DNA of 32,000 nt from Propionibacterium freudenreichii subsp. freudenreichii (GCF_000940845.1 NZ_CP010341.1:30001-62000); one strand, 5' to 3'; positions 6,751 through 16,626 are shown, numbered from the stretch's first letter. Notes: generated by a model from the letters alone, not told the origin. A program made the numbers and translations.

Positions 6751-7197
6751 ATGTCGCAACGAGCCGCACCGCATGCGGTCACGCCGTGCCCGGAGGTGAC
6801 CTACGACCGCATCCAGAAGGCGGTGAAGCGGGCCATGCGCTCGGCGCCCGTCGAGCACGAGGGGGTGCTGGCGCTGCAGACCGAGCGCGCCATCCTCACC
6901 TTCCAGCTGATCGCCGAGGCGGAACTGCTGCGCGTGGCGGCCCTGATCGGCCTGCGCCTGCGCGCCGACGACAGCGCCGCTGCCGCCATCGAGGCCATCA
7001 ACCGGCTCAACTCGCAGTCGGTCGACGGCACGATCTACCTGTATCCCAGCGACGACCCCGGCACGCGCAGCGTCGGCATCGACTCCTTCATCCCGGTTGA
7101 CCAGGGACTCACCGATGCCCAGCTCAATCGATCGGTGGCGCTGGCGCTGTCGTCGATCGGCGACCTGATCGGGGCCCTCCCCGGGCCCTCGGACTAA
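6751..7197 (+). CDS. YbjN-like domain protein (hypothetical), 148 aa
   Basis: ATG at 6751 follows ggaggggga. The segment ...AIEAINRLNSQSVDGTIYLYPSDD... resembles the YbjN / sensory-transduction-regulator fold. It is paired with a second such gene. Confidence 0.45.
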   Translation: MSQRAAPHAVTPCPEVTYDRIQKAVKRAMRSAPVEHEGVLALQTERAILTFQLIAEAELLRVAALIGLRLRADDSAAAAIEAINRLNSQSVDGTIYLYPSDDPGTRSVGIDSFIPVDQGLTDAQLNRSVALALSSIGDLIGALPGPSD

Positions 7198-7211
7198 GGA
7201 CTTCCGCCATC

Positions 7212-7670
7212 ATGTTCTTCACCAGGAAAACAGTCGCGACGCCGGCCATGACGCCCGACCGGCTCGCCGAGGCCCTCGACGGGCTGCCCGAGGTGTTCGT
7301 CCTCGACGACGCAGGGAACTACCACTACCGCGACGACGTGGGCATTGCGGTGCAACTGGGCTACAACGACGATTCGACCCTGCTGGAGGCGCATTTCACG
7401 GGCGTGCCCGTGGTGCAGGAGCTGATGCCGCGCGCGCTCGACATGGTGAACCAGTGGAACCTGGCCGCGCGTCCCGTGCGCGCCTACCTGGGCCGGGTGT
7501 CCGAGGAGTTGCCCTTCCAGGCGCCCCACCTGCGTGCCATCCTCACCACCGGGGTCGGCGTCACCGACGGGCAGCTGGTCAGCTGGTTGCGTCGCTGCGA
7601 CGAAGGGATCGGCGCCTTCAACGACCACCTGCGGCAGTTCTTCTCGCAGGTGGGCACGCCCGGGAACTAG
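7212..7670 (+). CDS. YbjN domain-containing protein, 152 aa
   Basis: Contains LDMVNQWNLAARPVRAYLGRV...LRAILTTGVGVTDGQLVSWL, a pattern typical of actinobacterial YbjN-family proteins. Confidence 0.5.
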   Translation: MFFTRKTVATPAMTPDRLAEALDGLPEVFVLDDAGNYHYRDDVGIAVQLGYNDDSTLLEAHFTGVPVVQELMPRALDMVNQWNLAARPVRAYLGRVSEELPFQAPHLRAILTTGVGVTDGQLVSWLRRCDEGIGAFNDHLRQFFSQVGTPGN

Positions 7671-7706
7671 TGGCACCCGGGCCAGTGGCGCCCAAGCCAG
7701 TGACAC

Positions 7707-8129
7707 TCAGGTGACATTGGCGGGCCGCAGCCGGGTGGCCGGCAACCACTCGGCATAGAAGTCGTCGACCCCACCCGCCTGGGCCACCAGGCCCTCCCAA
7801 CCCTGCGGAGTGTGGCGCCACCGGGCGATCAACCCCGGCTTGGCGCCGTCGATGAGCACCACCACCACGGTGGGGATGCGATTGGCATCGGGTGCCGACA
7901 TGGATTGGGGGGAACCCGGCGCGCGGTACGGGCCGGGTGGCGGCTGGGGCGGCGGTGACTGTGCGGGCCGCGACTGTGTGGGCGGGGACTGCCGGCCCGC
8001 CCGGTCGCCCAGCTCGTCCTCCGCCTGCGCCGCAGCGCGTTCTGCCGCCTCACGTGCCTCGGCCGCATGGGTATTGGCCACACGCTGCGACAGTGGCACC
8101 CCGGCGCCGCGATTCATACCTCCAGACAT
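7707..8129 (-). CDS. Hypothetical protein with a Pro/Gln-rich linker, 140 aa
   Basis: The ORF shows coding-like third-position GC. It has an N-terminal Ala/Glu helix, a PPTQSRPAQSPPPQPPPGP linker and a C-terminal globular part. The start is uncertain, since the ATG at 8129 has no clear RBS. Confidence 0.45.
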   Translation of the reverse strand: MSGGMNRGAGVPLSQRVANTHAAEAREAAERAAAQAEDELGDRAGRQSPPTQSRPAQSPPPQPPPGPYRAPGSPQSMSAPDANRIPTVVVVLIDGAKPGLIARWRHTPQGWEGLVAQAGGVDDFYAEWLPATRLRPANVT

Positions 8130-8389
8130 GTCAGTGAGTGTAGATGCCAGCGCCTACATTTTCGAACACGCGTTCGACACGGACGTGCTCCGGACAGCCC
8201 TCCCGGCGCGATAACACCATGTGAGTCACAATGGGGAGGGAACCCTCCCTCCGGCCAGTGCTGACCGGGGTGGACGCCCGGCGACGGGCGTCAGCGCGAG
8301 GGACCCACGACCGTGGGGTCGGTAGGCCCTGCGGGGCGGCGGCCCACATGGGCAGCGGAGCGGTACGACAGCTGACAAGGGGGAATGAC

Positions 8390-9465
8390 ATGCACGCAAC
8401 GGCACCGGATGACGCGCGGGTTCCCGGGGATGCCGAGCGTCCGGTGCCCCGACGCCGGGTGACGATCCGCGACGTCGCACGCGCCTCCTTCACATCGGTG
8501 GCCACCGTCTCCGTGGCGCTGTCCGGCGGCGCCGGCGTGGCCGCCGAGACTCGCGCCCATGTGCAGGAGGTGGCAGACCGGCTGGGTTGGCGTCCCAACA
8601 GGTACGCGTCGAACCTGCGCAAGACCGACTCGCGGCTCATCGGCTTCGTCTGCGAGGTGGAACAGGTGTTCCAGATGGGCCTGGTGGACTCGCTGTACGT
8701 TGCCGCGCAACGCAAGGGCCTGGAGCTCGTGCTCGCGGGCGCGACCGCCCACCACGACGAGCGCACCTGCGTCGACGAATCGCTGCGCGCCCGGTGCCAG
8801 GCGATCATCCTCACCGGATCGGGACTGACCGAGGCCGAGATGAGCGAGCTGGCCGGGGCCGTGCCGTTGGTGAGCCTGTGCCGGCTGGTGCATGCGCCCG
8901 GCGTCAACGTGGTGGTCTCCGACGACCGGATGGGGTTGGGGCAGGCCGTCGACCACCTCTCGCAGCTGGGCCACCGGCGCATCTACTACGCCGACGGTGG
9001 GCCGGCCTATCCGTTGGCGGCAAGCCGCTCGAACGCCTACCTGTCGGCCATGGACGCCTGTGGGCTCGGCGACAATGCACGGGTGATCGAGGGCGGGAAC
9101 ACCGCCGCCGACGGGGTGCGCGCCGCGGGACGCGTGCTCGACTGCAAGCCGTTGCCCACCGCGGTGATCTGATTCAACGACGCATCGGCTGCAGCGCTGG
9201 TGCGTGAGCTCAACCGCCAGGGCGTGCGGGTGCCCGCCGCCATCTCGGTGGTGGGCTTCGACGACACGGAGATGGCTGCCGAACCGTCGACCTGCCCACC
9301 ACGATCGTGCAGGACCCCCGGCGGCTGGCAGAGGCCGCCATCGACCTGGTGGCCGCCCGGATCAATGGGCCGCAGGGGTCGGGCGACAATCCGACGTCGG
9401 AGGAGTTGGTGGTGCTGCCCACCGAGTTGCGCGTCCGCAAGACGACGGCCCCACCCAAGCGCTGA
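8390..9465 (+). pseudogene. LacI-family transcriptional regulator, disrupted by an in-frame TGA at 9170-9172 and a frameshift near 9284
   Basis: The N-terminal HTH reads VTIRDVARASFTSVATVSVALSG. The conserved TAVI-[C]-FND motif reads TAVI*FND. Downstream, SVVGFDDTEMAAEP shifts frame before VDLPTTIVQDPRRLAEAAIDLV...APPKR*. Length is 1076 nt, and adding one base gives 359 codons. Confidence 0.75.
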
Positions 9466-9525
9466 GCCACCGGCAGCGGCCACCCGATGGTCCAACTGCC
9501 CGCAGCTTCGTCGGAAAGGGCCATT

Positions 9526-9570
9526 AAGTGGTCAACTGTGCGGCAATGACGCCGCACAACTGTCCACCTA
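9526..9570. repeat. REP-like palindromic element, copy A
   Basis: aagtggtcaacTGTGCGGCaatgacGCCGCACAactgtccaccta. It lies in inverted orientation relative to copies B and C (the loop is aatgac versus gtcatt). Confidence 0.7.
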
Positions 9571-9738
9571 GCCGTCCTTCCCGCAAGGCCCTGCACTCGG
9601 CTCGGGGCGCACCCGGGGGCGTCGGGCACGGCGCCGGAGCGACCCATGGCCTGAGCGGCCCGGAGCCCGGGCCTGCCAGAGCGCTGGTCCGGACCGCCCC
9701 CACCTCCGACCGCGCCGCGACAAGCGTCGATGGGCAAG

Positions 9739-9754
9739 TCCGAAACGTTTCGGA
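9739..9754. promoter_or_regulatory. Perfect 16-bp palindrome TCCGAAACGTTTCGGA: candidate LacI-family operator
   Basis: The sequence is perfectly self-complementary with a central CG, as in LacI/CcpA-type operators. It lies about 90 bp upstream of the oxidoreductase start and downstream of the LacI gene. Confidence 0.55.
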
Positions 9755-9842
9755 CGCCCAATTTGTCCTGACATGGCGCCTTTCGTGCAACGGTGAGCAT
9801 GCGCCACATCGCAGTGGCGCTAAAAAGCACAAGGAGACATCC

Positions 9843-11032
9843 GTGTCAGAGAAGACATTGGGCGTTGGCGTGATCAGCCTGGGTTGGATGGGCCGGTTGC
9901 ACACCCGCGGATACAAGACATTGGCCGAGAAATTCCCCGAACTCGACGCCCGGATCCGGCTGGTGAGCGTCTGCGATCCCGTGGAGGCGAACCAGGCCTT
10001 CGCCACCGAGCACCTCGGCTTCGCCCGCGCCGTCGCCGGGTACCAGGAACTGCTCGACGACCCCGAGGTTGACGTGGTGTCGATCTGCTCGCCGAACTAC
10101 CTGCACCGCGAGATCGCCCTGGCCACCGTGGCCGCCGGCAAGCCTTTCTGGATCGAGAAGCCATGGGCACCTCGGCCGCCCAGTCCCGCGAGATCGCCGA
10201 AGCCGCCGCGGCCGCCGGCCTGGTGACCAGCGTCGGCTTCAACTACCGTCACACCCCGGACATCGAGAAGGCCCGCGAGGTGATCCGGTCGGGACGCCTG
10301 GGCCGCATCACCAATGTGCGCTGCTGGCTGATCGCCGACTACGCCTCGTCGCCGCTCGGCCCGCTCACCTGGCGCTACGACCCCGACAAGGCCGGCTCCG
10401 GCGTGGTGGGTGACCTGATGAGCCACGGCGCCGACCTGGTGCAGTACCTGTGCGGACGCATCTCACCGGTCTCCGCACTCACCGACACCTTCATCACCGA
10501 ACGCCCGATCCCCACCAAGGTGGGCGTCGGCCACTCCGGCTGGGAGGTCTCCGACGAACTCGGCCCGGTGGGCAACGAGGACTATGTGGCCATGATCGCC
10601 CGGCTCGACTCCGGCGCGGTTGGCACCTTCGAATCAAGCCGCGTGTCAGTGGGCCCGCGTGCCGAATACATCATCGAGGTCTACGGCACCGACGGCTCGC
10701 TGCGCTGGAACTTCGAGCACCTCAACGACCTGGAGGTCTGCCTGGGCGCCGACAACGAATTCCAGGGCTACACCCGCGTGATGGCCGGACCCACCTTCCC
10801 GAACTTCTCGCGCTTCCAGCCCGGCGCCGGCACGTCCATGGGCTTCGACGATCTGAAGGCCATCGAGGCAGCCCAGTTCATCGAATCGGTGCTCACCGGC
10901 AAGCAGCTGGCACCCTCGGCAGCCGACGGATGGGCGGCCGCAGAGGTGGACCAGGCAACGGTGGCGTCGGCACGCGACGGCCAATGGCACGACGTGGCGC
11001 CCGTGACCGGCCCGACAACCTACGACGCATGA
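9843..11032 (+). pseudogene. Gfo/Idh/MocA-family NAD(P)-dependent oxidoreductase (inositol-dehydrogenase-like), apparent 1-nt frameshift near 10161
   Basis: GTG at 9843 follows aaggaga. The Rossmann N-terminus is LGVGVISLGWMGRLH. The conserved ...FWIEKP|MGTSAAQSREI is split between two frames at aagCCatggg. Length is 1190 nt, and adding one base gives 397 codons. Confidence 0.7.
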
Positions 11033-11048
11033 GGCGGGGGGACCAACC

Positions 11049-12701
11049 ATGAGCACAAACAATCAGCTCGACATCCGGCTGGACATGCCGCGCGCCGAGC
11101 TCGATGCCGCCGTCGCCAAGGTGCCGGCCGGGGGCAAGCACCGCTCCATCGGCCTGATCGCCCTGGTGGCGACGCTCGGATCATTCCTGTTCGGCTATGA
11201 CACCGGCGTGATCTCGGGCGCACTGCCCTATATGTACATGCCCTTCGGGGCCCACGGACTGGAGATCACCGCCAGCGAGGAGGGCTGGATCGGCGGCACG
11301 TTGCTGGTCGGCGCAGCCGTCGGTGCACTGATCGGCGGACGCCTGTCAGACCGCTACGGACGACGCCACAACATCCTGCTGCTCGCCTTCATCTTCGCGA
11401 TCGGCGCCATCGGCACGGCCCTGGCACCCAACATCTGGGTGATGTACCCGATGCGCTTCGTGCTCGGCTTCGCCGTCGGCGGTGCGTCCGCAACGGTGCC
11501 GGTGTACCTGTCGGAGACCGCACCCAAGCGCATCCGCGGCCGCATCGTGGCCATCGACCAGGTGATGATCGTCACCGGCCAGCTGCTCGCCTTCACCTTC
11601 AACGCGCTCATCGACAACGCGGTGGGTGGCCCGCAGCTGGACGTGGCCGGCAACACCCAGGGCCACCTGCAGACCGGCACGCAGACCTGGGACAATGTGC
11701 TGGCCCTGCAAACCTCACAGGGCGGCCCCTTCGACCCGGCCGCCTGGCACTCATTCGTCAACGCGCTGCTCGTGGACGGCGGCAACGGCATGGCCTGGCG
11801 GGTCATGTTGATGCTGTGCACCATTCCCGCCATCGCCCTGTGGATCGGCATGCGGTTCATGCCCGAATCGCCGCGCTGGTACGCCGCGAACAGGCGCTAC
11901 TACGAGTCGATCGGCGCACTGAAGCAGGTGCGCGACCCGCACCGCGACGGCGACCCCGCCGACGAGTTCGACGAGATGCTCGTCTCGCACCGGCGCGAGG
12001 AGGGCCAGAAGAAGGGCACCTTCGGGGACATCTGGCGTACGCCATGGCTGCGCAAGCTGTTCCTGGTGGGCGTCTTCCTGGCCATCTGCAACCAGACCAC
12101 CGGCGTCAACACGGTGATGTACTACGCCCCCAAGGTGTTGCAGTACGCCGGCATGGGCACGTCGGCATCGATCACCGCCCAGACCGCCAACGGCATCATG
12201 TCGGTGATCGGCTGCTCGGTGGCGCTGTGGCTGATCGGACGCTTCCGCCGCCGCCAGATCCTCATCACCTGCCTGTTCAGCGTGTTCGTCACGCTCGGCG
12301 TGATCGCCCTGCTGTTCGAGGTGACGATCGCCCCGGCAATCACCGAGGGTGGACGCCCGCCGTCGTGGGCACCGATGGTGATCCTGGCCATGATGGGCCT
12401 GTTCATGCTGGTGGTGCAGGCCGGCAACGGCCCGGTGGTGTGGACGATGCTGGGCGAGATGTTCCCCAGCAAGGTGCGTGGCATCGCCAACGGCACCGCA
12501 GTGTTCTGCATGTGGATGGTCAATGCACTGATCACCGCCACCTTCCCCACCATGATGGAGGGCCTGGGTGGCGGCATCACCTACGGCATCTACGCCGTGA
12601 TCAACCTGGTGTTCGCGTTCATCCTCATCAAGATCATGCCCGAGACGTCGAACAAGTCGCTCGAGGAGATCGAGGTGTACGCAGAGGCGCGCTACTCGTG
12701 A
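11049..12701 (+). CDS. MFS sugar porter (IolT-like sugar/inositol:H+ symporter), 550 aa
   Basis: Carries the motifs GYDTGVISGALPYM, GRLSDRYGRR, PESPRW and PETSNKSLEEIE. Its start is 16 nt after the oxidoreductase stop, so it is a probable operon. Confidence 0.8.
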   Translation: MSTNNQLDIRLDMPRAELDAAVAKVPAGGKHRSIGLIALVATLGSFLFGYDTGVISGALPYMYMPFGAHGLEITASEEGWIGGTLLVGAAVGALIGGRLSDRYGRRHNILLLAFIFAIGAIGTALAPNIWVMYPMRFVLGFAVGGASATVPVYLSETAPKRIRGRIVAIDQVMIVTGQLLAFTFNALIDNAVGGPQLDVAGNTQGHLQTGTQTWDNVLALQTSQGGPFDPAAWHSFVNALLVDGGNGMAWRVMLMLCTIPAIALWIGMRFMPESPRWYAANRRYYESIGALKQVRDPHRDGDPADEFDEMLVSHRREEGQKKGTFGDIWRTPWLRKLFLVGVFLAICNQTTGVNTVMYYAPKVLQYAGMGTSASITAQTANGIMSVIGCSVALWLIGRFRRRQILITCLFSVFVTLGVIALLFEVTIAPAITEGGRPPSWAPMVILAMMGLFMLVVQAGNGPVVWTMLGEMFPSKVRGIANGTAVFCMWMVNALITATFPTMMEGLGGGITYGIYAVINLVFAFILIKIMPETSNKSLEEIEVYAEARYS

Positions 12702-12740
12702 CCCACGCCGTGGGGAGGACGCACTCCTGCTGAAGATGTG

Positions 12741-12774
12741 GTGGGTGGCCGGTTCGGGGGGATCGGCCACCCAC
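12741..12774. terminator. Hairpin (11-bp stem gtgggtggccg / cggccacccac) after the sugar porter gene
   Basis: The inverted repeat was read directly. There is no U-tract. It sits between convergent genes. Confidence 0.4.
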
Positions 12775-12824
12775 CCTCATCCCCGAACCCCCGACGAGTT
12801 CTCGCCCACCCCGGTGATGACCCG

Positions 12825-12856
12825 CGAACGCGCGACCCGATCGGGTTGCGCGTTCG
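12825..12856. terminator. Hairpin (14-bp stem with one G-T pair, loop gatc) between convergent genes
   Basis: cgaacgcgcgaccc-gatc-gggttgcgcgttcg, about 60 bp downstream of the response regulator stop on the minus strand. Confidence 0.4.
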
Positions 12857-12914
12857 TGCGTGCGTCAATGCCCCCGGGAACAGCGACGCGGATTATTGGC
12901 TGAAGCCGCGCGGA

Positions 12915-13574
12915 TTACTGGGCGCGCAACCACGCGAGGACGGCCCGCACCCGTCGGTGTTCGGTGCCGGTATCGGCCAGCCCCAGCTTCGCGAACACGG
13001 CCGCGATGTGCTTCTCCAGCGTGCCGACGCCGATATGCATCTGGCGGGCGATCTCGGTGTTGGAATAGCCCTGGGCCATCAGCTCCAGCGACTGCGCCTC
13101 GCGGGCCGTCAGCGCGGCCAGCGGATCATGCTTCGAGCGCAGCAGCCCCGACACCACCTGCGGATCGAGCGCCGTGCCGCCGGCATGGACGCGTCGGATC
13201 GCGTCGGTGAGCGAATCCAGCGACGTCACCCGCTCCTTGAGCAGATAGCCCAGGCCGCCCTGCCCGCTGGCGAACAGCTCCTCGGCATACAACGACTCGA
13301 GGTATTGCGACAGGATCAGGATCGCCACCCCGGGATGGTCGCGACGCAGCCGCAATGCCGCCCGGATGCCCTCATCGGTGAAATCCGGCGGCAGGCGCAC
13401 GTCGAGCATCGCCACATCGGGACGCGCCCGGCCCACGTCGGCCAGCAACTGCTCGGCATCGCCATAGGCGCCGGCAACCTCGAACCCGGCCTCGTCGAGC
13501 AGCCGCACCAGGCCCTCGCGCAGCAGCGTGGAGTCCTCGGCCAGCACCACCCGCACCGCCGGGCCGGACATCAT
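12915..13574 (-). CDS. NarL/FixJ (LuxR)-family response regulator, 219 aa
   Basis: The receiver domain reads VRVVLAEDSTLLREGL...DVAMLDVRLPP. The C-terminal LuxR HTH reads LTAREAQSLELMAQGYSNTEIARQMHIGVGTLEKHI. ATGATG at 13574 is preceded by ggag. Confidence 0.85.
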   Translation of the reverse strand: MMSGPAVRVVLAEDSTLLREGLVRLLDEAGFEVAGAYGDAEQLLADVGRARPDVAMLDVRLPPDFTDEGIRAALRLRRDHPGVAILILSQYLESLYAEELFASGQGGLGYLLKERVTSLDSLTDAIRRVHAGGTALDPQVVSGLLRSKHDPLAALTAREAQSLELMAQGYSNTEIARQMHIGVGTLEKHIAAVFAKLGLADTGTEHRRVRAVLAWLRAQ

Positions 13575-13593
13575 GCTCGATTGCTCCAATCGG

Positions 13594-15072
13594 TCAGGGG
13601 AATGCGCAGGGTGATCGTGGTGGGACCGCCGGCCGGCTGGCCAGCGTGAAGCTGCCACCCAGGCCCTGCATCCTGCGGGCCACCCCGTCGAGGCCGTGGC
13701 CGGGCACCACCACGGCACCACCCACACCATTGTCACGCACCCTCACCTGCACCGCCGGCGGCTGATCGGTGCGGGCCGGGTCGGTGAGCGTCGGGCAGGG
13801 GCCCTGCGCGCCCGGATTGGTGGCCTGCGGGGAGCCGGCGGGCAACGCGTCCACCATGATCTCGGCGCTGCTCGCCTGTGCGTGCTTGGCCACATTGGCC
13901 AACAATTCCGAGGTGGCCAGCAGCAGCCCCTGGGCGCTGGTCTGCTCGATGCCCTGGGGACGGTCGAGCTGCTCGGGCAGGTGGTTGGTCACCCGCACCG
14001 GAAGCGTGGCGCGCTCCGCCAACGACTCCAGGGCGGCACCCAGCCCGCGCTCCACGAGCAAGGGGTGCACCAGGCCGCGCGACAGGTCGCGCAGCTCCTC
14101 CAGGGTGTCCTGCGAACGGTCGCGCAGCTCGTCGAGCATCGCCGCGGCCCGCTGCGGGTCGTCGGCAAGGTGTCGCTTGGCGGTGTCCAGGTCCATCTGC
14201 ATGCGCAGCAACTGCTGTTGGGGCCCGTCGTGCACATTGCGCTCCAGGCGACGCAGGGCCTCACCCTCGGCGTCGGCCGAGGCCGAATGGGCGTCGGCCA
14301 GCTTGCCGACGCGCCGGTTGAGCTCGGAGATGCGCCGCGTGAGTTCGCGGCTCTTGTTGGCCGACAGCAGCGCGCCACCCAGCAGGCGGTGCATCCACAC
14401 CAGTGCGAAGGTGAGCACCGGCAGCGTGACCAGCGCGATCACCGCCAGCGCGGTGTCGGCGATGTGCACCCCCATCGCGGAGCGCATCGACGCCGGCAGC
14501 AGCAGGTCGCCCAGCGTGTTGATGTCAGCGCTGAGCCGAATCCAATGGGTGTCCAGCCAGGTGCTGACGCCCTGCGCGATCACCGCCAGCCAGACCGCCA
14601 CCAGGCTGAAGCTGACCATCGACACGATGAAGTTGACGACATTGTGGGCCACGGCGCGCCAGGCGTCGACGTCCAGGATCGCCTGCCACGCCCGGCGCCA
14701 CAGCGTGGGACTACCGCTCGGGGCAGGGGCGGGTGCCTCGATCGGGGTGGTTCCGGCCCACCGCAGGCGTGCGCGCTCACCGGCGCCGACGGCGCGTGCG
14801 CAGATCACCAGCGCCCACAGGCAGGCCATGCCCAGGGGCGTGAGGATCAGCAGCGGGATGCCGGCGGACAGCAGGGAGATGAGCACGCTGAAGGTGACCA
14901 CCGCCCATGGCAGGCCGCCGAGCAGGTAGCCGAGTCGGCCGGGCACATGGCGCCACGACCACACCCCGCCGAGCATGAGCGACGGCGGTTCAGTTGGCGC
15001 ATCGGATCGGGTCACGGTGGGGTCTCCGTTCGCAGTGCGCAGGGAGGCTGGGGAACCACTGATTGAGGTCAT
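13594..15072 (-). CDS. Sensor histidine kinase (N-terminal membrane sensor domain, HisKA_3, HATPase_c); C-terminus probably frameshifted near 13635
   Basis: The H-box reads ERNVHDGPQQQL. The start at 15072 follows ggagg. The ORF ends ...FTLASRPAVPPRSPCAFP*. Adding one base to the CC run instead gives ...FTLASPAGGPTTITLRIPLTDWSNRA*, with TGA overlapping the regulator ATG (stop at 13571-13573). Confidence 0.8.
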   Translation of the reverse strand: MTSISGSPASLRTANGDPTVTRSDAPTEPPSLMLGGVWSWRHVPGRLGYLLGGLPWAVVTFSVLISLLSAGIPLLILTPLGMACLWALVICARAVGAGERARLRWAGTTPIEAPAPAPSGSPTLWRRAWQAILDVDAWRAVAHNVVNFIVSMVSFSLVAVWLAVIAQGVSTWLDTHWIRLSADINTLGDLLLPASMRSAMGVHIADTALAVIALVTLPVLTFALVWMHRLLGGALLSANKSRELTRRISELNRRVGKLADAHSASADAEGEALRRLERNVHDGPQQQLLRMQMDLDTAKRHLADDPQRAAAMLDELRDRSQDTLEELRDLSRGLVHPLLVERGLGAALESLAERATLPVRVTNHLPEQLDRPQGIEQTSAQGLLLATSELLANVAKHAQASSAEIMVDALPAGSPQATNPGAQGPCPTLTDPARTDQPPAVQVRVRDNGVGGAVVVPGHGLDGVARRMQGLGGSFTLASRPAVPPRSPCAFP

Positions 15073-15213
15073 GCCTCCACTCTTGTCGCGCGGGGCTCAT
15101 CCTAGAAGGTGGTTGGCCTCCGCATCGGGTGGGGGACAGCCCCCATGTCGCGGTCCGGGCCGGTTCAGGCGACTGTCCGATCTGGTCGGCGGCCCCCACC
15201 CCGGCACCGGACG

Positions 15214-15251
15214 CAGCAGGGTCCCGGACCGATCGGCCCGGGACCCTGCTG
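15214..15251 (-). terminator. Perfect 14-bp-stem hairpin after the MFS transporter gene
   Basis: cagcagggtcccgg / ccgggaccctgctg, 23 bp downstream of the stop codon at 15274-15276. No U-tract. Confidence 0.5.
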
Positions 15252-15273
15252 GTCACGACAAGGAGGCGTCGAG

Positions 15274-16608
15274 TCAGCTCGTCGCCACGTCGTCGGGCCT
15301 CGGATTGAACTTCGGGTGGTACGACAGGTCGATGCCCTTGGTCTCGGGCAGCGTGAGGATCGTCGCCGCCGATATCAGCAACAGCACGATCACATAGATC
15401 ACGAACCGATTCGGCGTGGCCGCCCAGGCCGACATGATGTAGGGCGCGGTGCCGCCGAACAGGGCGATCGCAATCGCATAGGGCACGCCGAACGCGGTGG
15501 CGCGCACCTCGGTGGGGAACATCTCGGCGTAGGCCGCCGGGGCAATGGCCAGGTAGGCACCCAGCAGCACCAGCATCACGCAGATGGCCACCACCAGACG
15601 CCAGAACTCATTGCCACCACGCACCATGTTGTTGAGCGGCACATAGAGCACGGCGCAGCCGATCATGGCGATCAGCATGTTGGTCTTGCGTCCGAACCGG
15701 TCGGAGAACATGCCCCACAGCGGCAGCGAGACCATGAACACCAGGTTGCCGATGATGGACGCGCCGAAGGCGTCATTCGTCGAATAGCCCAGGTTCTTCT
15801 GCGCCACCGACGCGGTGGACACCGACCAGATGTAGTAGGCGACGGTGAGGCCACAGGTCATGCCGATCACCTGCAGGGCGATCTTCTTGTGCTTGAGCAC
15901 CTCGCGCACCAGGCTCTTCTTGAGCTCGCCGGCCTTCTTCTCGTCCTCGAAGGCCTCGGTCTCCTCCATGCGTTCGCGAATCCAGAAGGCGAACACGCCC
16001 AACACGGCACCGGCCGCGAACGGGATGCGCCAGCCGTACTGGTTCATCGCGTCGGAGCCCAGCGTGTCGCGCAGCACCACACCGAACAGCAGGCCCAGCG
16101 TCAGGCCGAACGAACCGGTGACGTAGATGGCGCTCGCCCACAGGCCACGACGGTTGGGCGGGGCCATCTCCGACAGGTAGGTCTGTGCCGACGGCAGCTC
16201 ACCTCCGTGCGCCAGGCCCTGGATCAGCCGCGCCAACAACAGGATCAGCGACGACCAGGCACCCACCTGGTGGTAGGTCGGGCACACCGCGATGAGCAGC
16301 GAGCCACCCGAGGCGAAGATCACGGCGATCGCCAGGGCGTGCTTGCGGCCGATGCGGTCGGCCAGCCAGCCGAAGAAGGCACCACCGAAGGGACGCGCCA
16401 CGAAGGCGACGGCGAAGATGCCCATCGTCTCCAGGAACGCCGACGTGGGGTCCTTCGAGCTGAACAGTTCGCGGGACATGTAGATGGCGAAACTGGCGTA
16501 GATGTTCCAGTCGTACCATTCCAGCGCGTTGCCGACGCCGGTACCCAGCAGGGTACGGAACGCGGATTGACGCGGTGCCGGCGGCGCGGCCGCGGGAATC
16601 GTGGTCAT
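15274..16608 (-). CDS. MFS metabolite:H+ symporter (MHS family, KgtP/ProP-like), 444 aa
   Basis: Contains GNALEWYDWNIYASFA and GWLADRIGRK, and looks like a typical 12-TM protein. Its start is 19 nt after the M20 stop, so it is a probable operon. Confidence 0.75.
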   Translation of the reverse strand: MTTIPAAAPPAPRQSAFRTLLGTGVGNALEWYDWNIYASFAIYMSRELFSSKDPTSAFLETMGIFAVAFVARPFGGAFFGWLADRIGRKHALAIAVIFASGGSLLIAVCPTYHQVGAWSSLILLLARLIQGLAHGGELPSAQTYLSEMAPPNRRGLWASAIYVTGSFGLTLGLLFGVVLRDTLGSDAMNQYGWRIPFAAGAVLGVFAFWIRERMEETEAFEDEKKAGELKKSLVREVLKHKKIALQVIGMTCGLTVAYYIWSVSTASVAQKNLGYSTNDAFGASIIGNLVFMVSLPLWGMFSDRFGRKTNMLIAMIGCAVLYVPLNNMVRGGNEFWRLVVAICVMLVLLGAYLAIAPAAYAEMFPTEVRATAFGVPYAIAIALFGGTAPYIMSAWAATPNRFVIYVIVLLLISAATILTLPETKGIDLSYHPKFNPRPDDVATS

Positions 16609-16626
16609 AGTTGGGCCTTCTGGGTA

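Noticed and set aside
8156-8250. Imperfect palindromes in the divergent region upstream of the LacI gene (ttcgaac-acgc-gttcgac near 8160-8180; gggaggg-aa-ccctccc at 8234-8249) as autoregulatory operators
   Set aside because: Neither resembles the perfect TCCGAAACGTTTCGGA operator candidate. The arms are short and GC-rich. I kept them as unassigned rather than reporting them as features.
8131-8982. 283-aa and 227-aa minus-strand ORFs overlapping the LacI locus
   Set aside because: They are antisense to a gene with an unmistakable LacI HTH and effector domain. They have no RBS or motifs of their own.
9170-9172. In-frame TGA in the LacI gene as selenocysteine or programmed read-through
   Set aside because: No SECIS-like hairpin follows. 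LacI regulators are not selenoproteins. The same gene has a second lesion downstream, so a simple nonsense mutation or base error is far more likely.
13696-15066. 456-aa and 386-aa plus-strand ORFs
   Set aside because: They are antisense to the histidine kinase. The composition is a GC artefact.
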